Below, one piece after another: positions 39,612 to 49,629 of a stretch of DNA of 64,000 bases. The notes under the pieces are model-generated. The model saw only the letters and a program-made list of their open reading frames with translations. It made no database searches and was not told the origin of the DNA. The position numbers were made by a program, and so were the translations under genes. This DNA comes from Phormidium tanganyikae FI6-MK23 (GTDB lineage Bacteria > Cyanobacteriota > Cyanobacteriia > Leptolyngbyales > Leptolyngbyaceae). The stretch covers positions 14,574-78,573 of the forward strand of contig JAHHHU010000015.1 of NCBI GenBank assembly GCA_019359175.1. Direction: 5' to 3'. Numbering within the stretch: position 1 is the stretch's first letter; the number at the start of each line of letters is the position of its first letter.

Positions 39612-40610
39612 ATGCCCCCGAAACTAATCATTCAACTCGGTCGTTTTGTTTGGATAACACTATGGCGGATCATGATGTCCAAACTTGCGCCGCGTGATGC
39701 TTCTGGTGCTTATGTTCGTCCTGAAAGTGAATTTCGCGTTGCCTCCGGCTCTCGCGAAGCGAACCGCATCGGATCAACGACTTATCCCGCTGCTTCGGGG
39801 CGCTATAAATTATTCGTCGGGATGAGTTGTCCTTGGGCGCATCGAACTTTAGTCACTCGCGCATTAAAGGGATTGGAAAATGCGATCGCTGTCTCGATCT
39901 TGTCTCCGTCCCCTGAAAATGGCGGCTGGATTTTAGATAAGCCTGAATTCGGATGCTCTAGTTTAGCTGAACTCTATCGACTGGCAAAACCAGGCTATAA
40001 GGGACGATCAACGGTTCCGGTACTGTGGGATTGCATGACGAATACGATCGTCAATAACGAAAGTTCCGAAATCATTGTGATGCTAAATGCTGAACTCAAC
40101 GAATTTGCAACACATCCAGAAATCGATTTATATCCAAATTTGTTACGCGATGAAATCGACAATTGGAATCTGAAAACCTATAGCTCAGTAAACAATGGCG
40201 TTTATCGCTGTGGATTTGCACAAACACAAGCAGCTTATGAGCTAGCTTGTAATGAATTATTCACGACATTAGATACGATCGACAAAACCTTAGAAAAGAA
40301 TCGCTACCTCTGCGGTGATACTCTTACACTTGCGGATGTTCGACTTTTCACAACGCTGTTTCGCTTTGATGCTGCGTATTACGGCATTTTCAAATGTAGC
40401 CGTCGTCGCATTCAAGATTATGCAAACTTAGGTGCATATGTGCGAGATATCTATCAGCTTCCGGGCGTGGCTGAAACCTGCGATTTGAAAGCGGTAAAGC
40501 GAGACTATTACGGCAATCTATTTCCGCTCAATCCGGGGGGAATTATCCCGATCGATAGCGATTCCCAAAATCTACTCGCACCGCATAACCGCGATCGTAT
40601 TTATGCCTGA
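39612..40610 (+). CDS. Glutathionyl-hydroquinone reductase (GST omega/Xi, YqjG/ECM4 family)
   Basis: SCPWAHRT, TVPVLWD, IVNNESSEI, VNNGVYRCGFA, LFTTLFRFD, LNPGGIIP. Confidence 0.92.
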   Translation: MPPKLIIQLGRFVWITLWRIMMSKLAPRDASGAYVRPESEFRVASGSREANRIGSTTYPAASGRYKLFVGMSCPWAHRTLVTRALKGLENAIAVSILSPSPENGGWILDKPEFGCSSLAELYRLAKPGYKGRSTVPVLWDCMTNTIVNNESSEIIVMLNAELNEFATHPEIDLYPNLLRDEIDNWNLKTYSSVNNGVYRCGFAQTQAAYELACNELFTTLDTIDKTLEKNRYLCGDTLTLADVRLFTTLFRFDAAYYGIFKCSRRRIQDYANLGAYVRDIYQLPGVAETCDLKAVKRDYYGNLFPLNPGGIIPIDSDSQNLLAPHNRDRIYA

Positions 40611-41185
40611 CGACCACTCTCGCCCTTGATCACCGCTGACGCGATTAAATGCGCCAATCTCAGCGCTTCGGGAACATGACCGCGATCGGTTAATCTTGCC
40701 AACACTCGCGCGGTTGTTTCCGGTGTTGCACCATAAACCTGAAACACGAACGGCGGCGTTTCATAAATCTTTCCAGCTCGCGCAATCACTTCTAATCGGC
40801 GTTCCGGTTCTGGCAATCGTCGCAGTGCGTATTCCACTTTTTCGAGCTTTGGATGGCGTCGCATTACACTCACACAAGGACGCTCGATCGCATTCGACAA
40901 CGCAGGCAGGTCTACCACATTAAATCCACCCAGCGAAATCCCATCGAGCAAGACAATATGAGCTTGGGGTAAAAACTTACTGCTTAAGAGAATATTTGAG
41001 ATCGTTTCCGTAGCATCCCAGCCATCCGGCTCAATCTGACCCCACAGCATTCCTTCAAATCTGGTTCCAGCGCAAACAATTCCCGCGATCGACACAGGTT
41101 CACCCGACTTTCGGATAAAAGGGGCATCATCAAACCCGATCGCTCGAATCAATCGACGCTGTTCTAATAGTGCTTCTAGCTCCAT
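40601..41185 (-). CDS. DUF99 family protein (endonuclease V-like fold)
   Basis: IGFDDAPF, DGWDAT, LLDGISLGGFNVVD, PEALRLAHLIA. Confidence 0.88.
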   Translation of the reverse strand: MELEALLEQRRLIRAIGFDDAPFIRKSGEPVSIAGIVCAGTRFEGMLWGQIEPDGWDATETISNILLSSKFLPQAHIVLLDGISLGGFNVVDLPALSNAIERPCVSVMRRHPKLEKVEYALRRLPEPERRLEVIARAGKIYETPPFVFQVYGATPETTARVLARLTDRGHVPEALRLAHLIASAVIKGESGRQA

Positions 41186-41237
41186 TGAGATCGTTTCTGA
41201 CCCTCGATCTTAGAGATCCGATCGAGGGTTTTCTTAC

Positions 41238-41885
41238 CTAGTTTCGAGCCAGCCACTTCTGACCATTCAACCGCTGTAACGCCCCGAATACCAAAAGATC
41301 CAGCGATACTCTACGCTCATCAATCAGAAAAGGTTCCAGCGTGCTTAAGCGATCCCCTTCCGCGCAAGCAAATCCTTTCAAACCATTGATAGTCTCATCG
41401 AAGAAATAGATGTTAAATTCCCGTAACTGCTTATAGCTTGGCTGCCACTTGCCAACGACTTGCCAGCATTCCGGCGCTTGGTCGTAACCCTTGATCGGAA
41501 TCTTACGCTTCTCGAAATGCAGTTCCAGAGATCGCGTTCCCAATTTCTCTAAGCCTTGCTTCAGAGCGGGCAGATAATCTTGCTGAATAAAATCACCAAA
41601 CGGCTTATCCTCAACGCCTGGAGCCTTTTCCTTTTTCGCCTTTGCAGGTTTCAGCGCTTCATCCGTTGGCGTGTCTTTCGCAGGTTTTCCGGTTTTGGGC
41701 CTCGCTGCGTTAGGATTATCTCCATCGTTTACGGCAGTGGGATCAGGCGCATTCGCAGTTGGAATCTCCGTAGTGGCGGGTTCTGCTTCGCTGTGCAGGT
41801 TTTCTTTAATGACATCGGGCACGTTTTCCCCGACTGTAGGTGGGAGTTCCGATTCGCCTTGAGGCTTGGTTTCTTCCGTTGCCAT
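41238..41885 (-). CDS. DUF2996 family protein
   Basis: Acidic/Pro-rich N-terminus; EDKPFGDFI, LEPFLIDERRVSLDLLV, RLNGQKWLARN. Confidence 0.85.
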   Translation of the reverse strand: MATEETKPQGESELPPTVGENVPDVIKENLHSEAEPATTEIPTANAPDPTAVNDGDNPNAARPKTGKPAKDTPTDEALKPAKAKKEKAPGVEDKPFGDFIQQDYLPALKQGLEKLGTRSLELHFEKRKIPIKGYDQAPECWQVVGKWQPSYKQLREFNIYFFDETINGLKGFACAEGDRLSTLEPFLIDERRVSLDLLVFGALQRLNGQKWLARN

Positions 41886-41963
41886 AACACCAGTTTGTTT
41901 GGGAGTACTCGTCTCTAATCATAACGAAGAGCGGGAACCGAGAATCGAGAATTGGGAGTGGAG

Positions 41964-42788
41964 ATGAATCGATTTTCTTTGAAGGTATGGATTGATGGAA
42001 GCGGATACCCGATTGTATGTCTACACGGACATCCAGGATCGGGTCACAGTATGAGCGTTTTTACTCAGCATTTCGCCAAGCGATTTCAAACGATCGCGCC
42101 AGATCTGCGCGGCTATGGTCAGTCAAAAACGCGCGAAAATTTCATCATGCTCGATCATTTGGACGATCTGCAAGGTGTGTTGGATCAATGCGGCATCGAT
42201 CGCGCGCTAGTTCTCGGTTGGTCGCTTGGGGGTATCATCGCGCTCGAACTTGCCGCCCGATTTCCCGAAAAGGTAAGCGGTTTGATTCTCATTGCGACTT
42301 CTGCGCGTCCGTGGGGAAATCACCCGCGAATCAGCTTACAGGACAATCTCTACACCGGGATCGCTGCCTTACTGAATGTGATCAAACCCGGATGGCAGTG
42401 GAACATTGATACTTTTGCAAAGCGATCACTCTTTCGTTATCTCATCCAACAACACACGCCCGCAACTTACAAATACATTGCGAGTGATGCCGTATATGCT
42501 TTTCTCAATACTTCAGTTGCCGCAAATCGAGCGCTGAATGCAGCACTGAGCGAAGGATACTATCGAGTGCAAAACATTGAAAACATTGCGTGTCCGGTGC
42601 TGATGCTAGCTGGAGAACACGATCGACATATCACCGCAGCATCAAGCATCGAAACCGCAAAACATCTATCGAACTGTGAATATCAGGTCTATCCCGATAC
42701 GGCTCATCTGCTGCCGTGGGAAATTCCCGATCAGATCTTGGCAGACGTGGATCAATGGCTCGATCGACATCCCGAAGCATTGCGATAA
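41964..42788 (+). CDS. Alpha/beta hydrolase
   Basis: LHGHPG, PDLRGYG, GWSLGG nucleophile elbow, GEHD, AHLLPWE. Confidence 0.93.
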   Translation: MNRFSLKVWIDGSGYPIVCLHGHPGSGHSMSVFTQHFAKRFQTIAPDLRGYGQSKTRENFIMLDHLDDLQGVLDQCGIDRALVLGWSLGGIIALELAARFPEKVSGLILIATSARPWGNHPRISLQDNLYTGIAALLNVIKPGWQWNIDTFAKRSLFRYLIQQHTPATYKYIASDAVYAFLNTSVAANRALNAALSEGYYRVQNIENIACPVLMLAGEHDRHITAASSIETAKHLSNCEYQVYPDTAHLLPWEIPDQILADVDQWLDRHPEALR

Positions 42789-42808
42789 GCGATCCCCTGC
42801 TCGTAAGA

Positions 42809-42840
42809 GAACTCCGATTTTCTCTCAAAAACCGGAGTTC
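42809..42840. terminator. Hairpin between convergent genes
   Basis: GAACTCCG / CGGAGTTC, an 8-bp stem. Confidence 0.45.
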
Positions 42841-42860
42841 CAAACTCTGCAAGATTGCTC

Positions 42861-43142
42861 TTAGTACTGACTGCTCAAGACACCCGACATTTTGTTAAAC
42901 CCCGCATCCGCTTTCTCATCGTAAACCGTGAGATTTGACGGCTTGCAGCGCTTGACATCGATTTTGATATGGGTCGCGCCCTCCCGCTCAAGATCTTCGA
43001 TGTAGCCACCTTGGTAGGTTTGAGCATCTTTCTTGTTGGGAAACGGGCCAAAATAGTACACACACCGAGGGTCGTCAGTTGTAATTTCGACCCACCACGC
43101 AAAACCGATCGCGCTAAGGAAACTTGTCAAGAGTTCATTCAT
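42861..43142 (-). CDS. DUF1816 family protein
   Basis: AWWVEITT, CVYYFGPF, GYIEDLEREGA, VKRCKP. Confidence 0.88.
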   Translation of the reverse strand: MNELLTSFLSAIGFAWWVEITTDDPRCVYYFGPFPNKKDAQTYQGGYIEDLEREGATHIKIDVKRCKPSNLTVYDEKADAGFNKMSGVLSSQY

Positions 43143-43299
43143 AAGCTTGCTAATTCACTCAAAGAACGACCTGCAAACAGAAGCGAACATTGTAGAGCGG
43201 ATATTACGATCGCCGCATCGATATCAATCTTGCAACAGAATGCTAGGAGAGTATTGTGTTTGACGCTCCAAACCGGAGTTCAAGTTTCTTTATACTCTG

Positions 43300-44943
43300 T
43301 CACACCTGATTTTTCAATCCGATCGTAGTCTTAAATCCATCAAGGTGAATGGTGTTTTCCCATCGTTGACGGAACACTTCGTACATCGTCATTCCTGCTG
43401 CCACCGACGCGTTGAGGCTGGGCGTAGTGCCTTGTAGTGGAATCGAAACCAGTACATCGCACCCGCGCTGCATCACCAATCCTAAACCTTCCCCTTCTGC
43501 GCCAATCACCAACACCGCAGCTTTAGCAAATTTCACCGTATGAATCGGCTGACTTGCTTCGGAAGCTGTGCCGTAGATCCAGAAACCAGCAGCTTTAAGG
43601 TCTTCCAAGGCACGCGCCAGATTGACGACTCTTGCGACTGGAAGTTTCTCGATCGCGCCTGCTGCCACTTTCATCACGGTCGATGTGACTCCCACGGCTC
43701 GACGCTGCGGAATCACGATGCCCTGTGCGCCTAGAGCTTCGGCAGTCCGAATGATCGCGCCTAAGTTATGAGGGTCGGTAATGCTATCAGCAACAATGAT
43801 CACGGGCTGATCAGTTGCGGCTTTCGCACGAACAATCAAATCTTCAAGCTCAGTGTACTCATAAGCTGCGGTTTGTGCTGCGATCCCCTGATGATTTGCT
43901 CCGTGAGTCAGTTGATCTAATCGCTTTGGTGTCACTTCATCAATAACGGCTCCGTTCGCTTTAGCTTGATTGATCAAGGAAAGATAGCGGGGATCGTAGT
44001 GAAGTTTTTCTGTAACCCAGATGCGATTAAGCGATCTCTCTCCTTGCATTGCGCTCAAGACGGGATGACGACCGTAAATTAAATCAGGCGCATCATCGGC
44101 TTCAAACGGCTCATCGTTCGACACAAAATGCCGAGGAATGTCGCCTCGTTCTTGTTCCGCTAAGTGGTCGCGCTTTTCAAATTTCTCATCGTTCCGAGGA
44201 CGGATGAACTTCCGTTCATGACTGAACCCGCTTCTGGGTTGATCAAAGCTGCGGCTTTCATCGTTTGAACGATCGAAGTTGCGCCCTCTGCGCTCCCCGT
44301 TAAATTCGCCTCTCGGACGATCGAAGTTGCGTTTGGGTCGATCGCTATCAAATTCGCCTCTCGGACGATCGAAGTTGCGCTCTCTCCGCTCTCCGTCGAA
44401 TTCATTTCTGGGACGATCGAAGTTCCGCTTTTCGCCACTCGGACGATCGAAGTTGCGTTTGGGTCGATCGGTATTTGGACGATCGAAGTTCCGCTCCCGA
44501 CGCTCCCCATCAAATTCATTTCTGGGACGATCGAAGTTCCGCTTTTCGCCACTCGGACGATCGAAGTTGCGTTTGGGTCGATCGGTATTTGGACGATCGA
44601 AGTTCCGCTCCCGACGCTCCCCATCAAATTCATTTCTGGGACGATCGAAATTGCGTTTGGGTCGATCGCTGTTTGAGCTTGGACGATCGAAGCTTCTTTC
44701 CTTACGTTCGTAGGGGCGTTCGCCATTTGGCTGGGGTCGATCGAAGCTGCGACGTTCCCGATCCCCTGATCCCTGTGAATCTCGATCGAAGCGTTCGGGC
44801 CTGCCCTCGCTTCTACCTTCAGTACTGCGGCGTTTGGGATTGCTCGGTCGTTTGCCTTTAAAATTCGGTTTCTTGCCGCCAAAGTCGCGGTCTGACCGAC
44901 CTTGTGAGCCAGCGTTACGTTTATTCGGAGTAGCCATAGTCAT
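43300..44943 (-). CDS. rlmB: 23S rRNA Gm2251 methyltransferase RlmB with about 280-aa repetitive N-terminal extension
   Basis: [43 protein letters not shown] (SPOUT motifs). Confidence 0.95.
   Translation of the reverse strand: MTMATPNKRNAGSQGRSDRDFGGKKPNFKGKRPSNPKRRSTEGRSEGRPERFDRDSQGSGDRERRSFDRPQPNGERPYERKERSFDRPSSNSDRPKRNFDRPRNEFDGERRERNFDRPNTDRPKRNFDRPSGEKRNFDRPRNEFDGERRERNFDRPNTDRPKRNFDRPSGEKRNFDRPRNEFDGERRERNFDRPRGEFDSDRPKRNFDRPRGEFNGERRGRNFDRSNDESRSFDQPRSGFSHERKFIRPRNDEKFEKRDHLAEQERGDIPRHFVSNDEPFEADDAPDLIYGRHPVLSAMQGERSLNRIWVTEKLHYDPRYLSLINQAKANGAVIDEVTPKRLDQLTHGANHQGIAAQTAAYEYTELEDLIVRAKAATDQPVIIVADSITDPHNLGAIIRTAEALGAQGIVIPQRRAVGVTSTVMKVAAGAIEKLPVARVVNLARALEDLKAAGFWIYGTASEASQPIHTVKFAKAAVLVIGAEGEGLGLVMQRGCDVLVSIPLQGTTPSLNASVAAGMTMYEVFRQRWENTIHLDGFKTTIGLKNQV
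44399..44649 (-). repeat. Perfect 114-bp in-frame tandem duplication (about 2.2 copies) within a larger RNFDRP repeat tract
   Basis: Identical units begin at 44401, 44515 and 44629; the 38-aa unit is [38 protein letters not shown]. Confidence 0.9.
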
Positions 44944-45031
44944 TAAATCCTGGTGAAGAGTCAGAAAAACAGGCGAAGAGACAACAAAGGGAAGCGAATG
45001 TTAAATCTCGCTTTTCTACCATCTTGTTTTT

Positions 45032-45454
45032 TTATTCAAGGTTGAGAAGCCCTAGCAATTCAAACAAACGAGCGGGGTCAGTCAGGTAAAGATAACCAAT
45101 GAGCGCTTCTAGGCTGGTTGCGTGTTGATAAACTTCGGGGTCGAGTCGTTTCGGGCGATTCGAGGCAGCATTGCGACCGCGTTTGAGGAACTCATGCTCA
45201 GACTCGCTCAGATGCGGCATGAGCGATCGTAAATGCGCTGCCTGGGACTCTGCCCTCACATACGACACAACTTGCTGATGATAGACCTCAGAACGCTTCG
45301 GTGGCAAGAGACAACGCCTCCGAATATACAGTTCGTAAACTGCGTCCCCTAAATATGCTAGCGCAGCCGGAGAAAGCCGTTGGATCTCAGACGAGGAAGG
45401 TGCAGGTAAAAGCGTCGATAATTCCGAAAACCCTAACTCATTCGATGAGATCAC
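45032..45454 (-). CDS. mrnC: Mini-ribonuclease III
   Basis: ALAYLGDAVYELYIR, KRGRNA, YQHATSLEALIGYLYL; lies upstream of rlmB. Confidence 0.92.
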   Translation of the reverse strand: MISSNELGFSELSTLLPAPSSSEIQRLSPAALAYLGDAVYELYIRRRCLLPPKRSEVYHQQVVSYVRAESQAAHLRSLMPHLSESEHEFLKRGRNAASNRPKRLDPEVYQHATSLEALIGYLYLTDPARLFELLGLLNLE

Positions 45455-45562
45455 ATCTTTCCCAACTCCGCGCGACTCAAAATCTTATCCTAGCAGACGA
45501 CGAAAAAAACCGACTATCCATCAGACTGGACAGCGGCTTTTTCCGACAAATCAATTGACGAC

Positions 45563-45934
45563 TCAGGCAGATTGAACATTTTCGATCGCAGTTTCCACCG
45601 ACGGTTGCAGCGCTAAGAATTGCTCTAAGCGAACGAGTTTGACCGTCTGTGTGACACGAGCGTTTGTAACAATCTGTAAGGTTCCCGATGCTTGCTGCGC
45701 CTTTTTTGCAATTTGCACCAAAGCGCCCAAACCAGAACTATCTACAAAGTCGATTTTAGACAGATCTAAAATGACGTTCTTAGGGCCCTCCTCAACGCAT
45801 TTCGTTAGCACCTTCCGGAAGGTTGGCTCAGAAAAGGCATCGAGTTGCCCGACGAGGCGAAAGAGTTGGTATGTGTTGTCCCTAACTTCGCGTGTGCCTC
45901 GAAGACTGACTGTTAGGGTTAGTTGCTCAGGAAT
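45563..45934 (-). CDS. STAS-domain anti-sigma factor antagonist, probable ATT start (123 aa)
   Basis: DLSKIDFVDSSGLGALV motif. The frame is open back to the ATT at 45934-45932, with AGGAGG upstream and an in-frame TAG at 45946-45944. Confidence 0.85.
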   Translation of the reverse strand: MPEQLTLTVSLRGTREVRDNTYQLFRLVGQLDAFSEPTFRKVLTKCVEEGPKNVILDLSKIDFVDSSGLGALVQIAKKAQQASGTLQIVTNARVTQTVKLVRLEQFLALQPSVETAIENVQSA

Positions 45935-46006
45935 GGGCCCCTCCTACCGCGTTGAGAATCTATTTTTTATTCGACGCTCCAGTATACATCGTTGCAGCAG
46001 GATTTG

Positions 46007-47143
46007 CTATTTTTTGTGTTCGCGCATCGATCTCACAAAATTTTCAAACAAATAATCGGCATCGTGCGGCCCTGGACTCGCTTCTGGATGATACTGCACC
46101 GAGAACATTGGCAAGGTTTTGTGCCGCAGTCCTGCAACAGTACGATCGTTTAAATTCAAGTGCGTGATTTCGACCGTGGCATCGGGGAGCGAGTCGGCAT
46201 CGATCGCAAATCCATGATTTTGACTGGTGATCTCAATCTGCTGACTCAAGCCGCAAGGTTGATTTAAGCCTCGATGTCCGAATTTGAGCTTGAACGTTTC
46301 CGCGCCGAGCGATAAGCCGAGAATTTGATGCCCCATACAAATTCCGAAAACGGGCTTCTCAGATGCCAAAAGCGATTTGGTCGTTTCGATGCCTTCTGTG
46401 ACAGCGGCAGGATCGCCAGGGCCATTTGAGAGAAAGATTCCGTCAGGATTGTATTTAAGAATCTCTTCAGATGATGTATCTACAGGAACGACAATCACCC
46501 GGCAGCCGTAACTCGCAAGCCGACGCAAAATATTCCGTTTCACACCAAAATCGAGCGCAACAACGGTTAGCGGTGCTTCATCGGTCTGAACGGTCGCACT
46601 AAATTCCCAAATCGTTTCGGTTTTCTCTGACCATTCATAAACCTTAGAAGTACTGACCTCTTTTACCAAATTCAGCCCTGCCATGCTCGGAGCGTTTTGA
46701 ACTTGTTCGAGCAGGTCACTGGGATCGAGAATTTCCGTCGAGATGGCACCATTCATCGCACCAATAGATCGTAGTTTTCGCGTCAGCGCACGAGTATCAA
46801 TGCCGTAGATTCCGAGTAAATTGTGCTGCTTCAAATAATCAGGCAGCGATTGAGTTGATCGCCAATTGCTCGGACGATCGCAGATATTTCGCGCAATCAC
46901 ACCGCGCACATGAGGCCCTTCTGATTCTTCATCAGCGGGATTCACGCCCGTATTTCCAAGCTCTGGATAAGTGAATGTCACAATTTGACCCCGGTAGCTC
47001 GGATCAGTCATGACTTCTTGATAACCCGTCATCCCGGTATTAAATACGACTTCTCCGATCGTGGTTCCCGTCGCACCGAACGAATAACCACAATAAGTTG
47101 TGCCATCAGCCAGCACAAGTAAAGCAGGTTGAGCAGAGGACAT
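46007..47143 (-). CDS. carA: Carbamoyl-phosphate synthase small subunit
   Basis: [48 protein letters not shown]. Confidence 0.97.
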   Translation of the reverse strand: MSSAQPALLVLADGTTYCGYSFGATGTTIGEVVFNTGMTGYQEVMTDPSYRGQIVTFTYPELGNTGVNPADEESEGPHVRGVIARNICDRPSNWRSTQSLPDYLKQHNLLGIYGIDTRALTRKLRSIGAMNGAISTEILDPSDLLEQVQNAPSMAGLNLVKEVSTSKVYEWSEKTETIWEFSATVQTDEAPLTVVALDFGVKRNILRRLASYGCRVIVVPVDTSSEEILKYNPDGIFLSNGPGDPAAVTEGIETTKSLLASEKPVFGICMGHQILGLSLGAETFKLKFGHRGLNQPCGLSQQIEITSQNHGFAIDADSLPDATVEITHLNLNDRTVAGLRHKTLPMFSVQYHPEASPGPHDADYLFENFVRSMREHKK

Positions 47144-47273
47144 AGACAGAGGCAACTACAAAGATCTCATCATTATTACCACGTCTGTCTAGAGTTGCAA
47201 GGTCTCTCTAAGCTTTTGCACAGAATTCTAGGGAACTCTAACACAGTCGGGAGTAGCCCTTGGAATTCGGAAT

Positions 47274-48119
47274 ATGCTCAGATTTGGTGTTCGAGTGATT
47301 TTGCCGCTGTTGATGGCAACTTCTGCGGCGATCGGGGTGGGCTGTAGTCGGAGAGAATCGATGCCATCCAAATCCCCGCAAGTTTCTACGCCTGTTGTTC
47401 GGGTGATTCCAAGCCCAACGGCAAAATCGATCGAAGATTCTTATCAATCCGCTCTCGATCGCGCTGCGAGTGCCCGCGCGATTAGTCAATCCGCGCAGTC
47501 TCCCGAAGATTGGCAACTGGTGGCGAGTCGGTGGAAAAATGCGATCGCGGCGCTCAAACAAGTCCCAAAATCTGACCCGAATCGCAAATTTGTCAATCAG
47601 AAGCTTTCTGAATTTAATCAAGCGCTCACGAATGCGGAAGATCGAGCGGCGAAAACTGGGAAAGAGAAAGTCGCAGCACAAGATCCGGGAATTCGAGTCG
47701 ATCGAGCGATGTCTGCGGATGAAGTGGCATCGATTACAACCCAAAAAGAGCGAGGATTCCAGGTTCCGATCAAGTACCGCAAAAATCGCATTCCTGTAAT
47801 CGATGTGACTTTTAACGGCAGTCAGCGATTTGAAATGATGGTCGATACGGGTGCATCTGCGACGATGATTACTCAGGGGATGGCGCGGCAGTTGGGCGCG
47901 AGAGTGGTGGGTGAAACGCAGGCGATGACCGCAGCGGGTGTGACGACGGTGCAAATTGCGGTGGTGCAATCGATCTCGGTGGCGGGGAGTACGATTCGCG
48001 AGGTTCCGGTTTCGATCGGGCCGTTGGATGTGGGATTACTCGGTCATGATTTCTTTGGGGATTGCGATATCTCGATCGGTCGGGATTTTGTCGAATTTCG
48101 GCAATGCAATGTGTTGTAG
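47274..48119 (+). CDS. Lipoprotein with C-terminal retropepsin-like aspartic protease domain
   Basis: Lipobox IGVGC; VDTGASAT; LLGHDFF. Confidence 0.88.
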   Translation: MLRFGVRVILPLLMATSAAIGVGCSRRESMPSKSPQVSTPVVRVIPSPTAKSIEDSYQSALDRAASARAISQSAQSPEDWQLVASRWKNAIAALKQVPKSDPNRKFVNQKLSEFNQALTNAEDRAAKTGKEKVAAQDPGIRVDRAMSADEVASITTQKERGFQVPIKYRKNRIPVIDVTFNGSQRFEMMVDTGASATMITQGMARQLGARVVGETQAMTAAGVTTVQIAVVQSISVAGSTIREVPVSIGPLDVGLLGHDFFGDCDISIGRDFVEFRQCNVL

Positions 48120-48140
48120 GAGGTAGTTGCTGTAGAAAAT

Positions 48141-48161
48141 AGTCGGGCAAGATGCCCGACT
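48141..48161. repeat. REP-like GC-rich hairpin or bidirectional terminator
   Basis: AGTCGGGCA-AGA-TGCCCGACT between convergent genes. Confidence 0.55.
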
Positions 48162-48169
48162 CACAGCCA

Positions 48170-49231
48170 TTACAGCAAATCTTGGAACTCCGATCGCGCT
48201 TGGATTGTTTTCAAGACCGATTTAATTTCCTGAGTTCGATCTTTTTTCACAATGAGCGTGACTTTGCCGTCTCGAACGATCACCGTATCTTCTAAGCCGA
48301 TCGTGACAATCACTTCATCCTCGTCTGAGGTGTAAATGATCGCGCCAGTGGTATCGAGTCCAACGTGCTGCCCTAATTCCACATTCGGACTATCGGATTT
48401 CATCAAACGCTCGATCGCACCCCAATCTCCTAGATCGTCCCAACGAAATCGCACCGGGAGAACGCAAGCTCGATCGGTCTTTTCCATCACCGCATAATCA
48501 ATGCTGAGTTTCGGAACGATCGAATAAGCTTCGACTCCTTTTTCTTCTAATAATTGAATAATTTCAGGGGCGTGTTGATGTAGTTGATCAAGCATCACTT
48601 TTGCCTGAAACACAAACATTCCGCCATTCCAGCTAAACCGCCCACTGCTGACAAATTCTTCTGCGGTTTCACGATCGGGCTTTTCCGTAAAGCGATCGAC
48701 CCGATACGCCGGATATTCGTCGTACAACCCGATTTTTTCGCCCTGCTCGATATAGCCATAACCCGTTGCCGCATGAGTCGGAGCAATTCCGAGCGTTACG
48801 ATCGCATGATTTTGAACGGCTGCATCGACCGCCGCCATTAGAGTCGATTCAAAAATATCTTGTTCTGCAATCCAATGATCAGCAGGAAAAAATCCGGTAA
48901 CGACATCTTCGCCGTAGCGCTTTGCAACCTCGATCGTACTCCATGCCACCGCTGGAGCCGTATCCCGTCCTTCAGGCTCCACTAAAATATTCTCGACAGG
49001 CAATTCGGGAAGCTGTTCGCGCACACCGTCCGCTAAATGCGAAGCCGTCACCACCCAAAGATGACTCCAGCCGCCTGCCGTTGCCAGTAAGCGATCGGCA
49101 GTCGTTTGTAAAAGGCTGCGTCCGCTGCCATCGAGACAGAGAAACTGTTTAGGGCGATGCTTGCGGCTGAGGGGCCAAAATCGCTCACCTTTTCCACCCG
49201 CGAGAATAATTGGGACAAGAGATTGAGTCAT
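48170..49231 (-). CDS. manC: Mannose-1-phosphate guanylyltransferase (no PMI domain)
   Basis: ILAGGKGERFWPLSR, PKQFL, GRDTAPA, FPADH, FTEKPD, SIDYAVMEK, WDDLGDW. Confidence 0.93.
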   Translation of the reverse strand: MTQSLVPIILAGGKGERFWPLSRKHRPKQFLCLDGSGRSLLQTTADRLLATAGGWSHLWVVTASHLADGVREQLPELPVENILVEPEGRDTAPAVAWSTIEVAKRYGEDVVTGFFPADHWIAEQDIFESTLMAAVDAAVQNHAIVTLGIAPTHAATGYGYIEQGEKIGLYDEYPAYRVDRFTEKPDRETAEEFVSSGRFSWNGGMFVFQAKVMLDQLHQHAPEIIQLLEEKGVEAYSIVPKLSIDYAVMEKTDRACVLPVRFRWDDLGDWGAIERLMKSDSPNVELGQHVGLDTTGAIIYTSDEDEVIVTIGLEDTVIVRDGKVTLIVKKDRTQEIKSVLKTIQARSEFQDLL

Positions 49232-49629
49232 ACGTGGTTACACAAAAAAGGGGGCTAGTTGAATCGCGCGACGCTCAGATTTTAATCAATCCCGCGACAT
49301 CCTGATGTTTGCGATCGCTATCTTTGCGGACTCTTTTCATTTTTCCCAAATCGATTTCGATTTGACGCGGATCTCACAGTTCTCTCCGGACTTGAACTCA
49401 AGTAAGGTGATTCCGATCGATAGCACTAGCCGAATGTCGAAATTCAAGTGTAGAATTCCCAGGAACGACCTAAGCGCTATTATCCGCAATTTCGTATTGC
49501 ACGCTACCAGCAGATTTCCTCGATCTGATGAGAGAGAATATCTCTAAAAGTGGAAGAAAATCAGGAATTTTCTGGTTACGATAACGAAAAGCAAACAGGC
49601 AGAGCGTTTGACCGAAATGTTTTTGAGGT

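Noticed and set aside
41200-41229. 10-bp stem ACCCTCGATC/GATCGAGGGT between DUF2996 and DUF99
   Set aside because: An ordinary intercistronic hairpin built on a GATC core; its U-tract is on the wrong strand to terminate these genes.
42829-43281. 12-bp direct repeat AAACCGGAGTTC flanking the DUF1816 gene (42829 and 43270)
   Set aside because: The gene is a conserved core cyanobacterial gene with no integrase or IS features; probably chance.
44160-44882. Long alternative-frame ORFs (240, 144 and 128 aa) over the rlmB repeat tract
   Set aside because: They are by-products of a stop-poor tandem repeat inside a well-supported CDS.
47238-47969. 243-aa antisense ORF, and similar shadow ORFs at 17113-17742, 55634-56119 and 8502-8930
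   Set aside because: They overlap strongly supported genes, have no recognisable motifs, and show typical antisense composition.
49494-49507. GTA-N8-TAC (NtcA-like) site between manC and LCP
   Set aside because: It lacks extended TGTA/TACA flanks and a properly spaced -10 element; such 6-bp matches are expected many times by chance.
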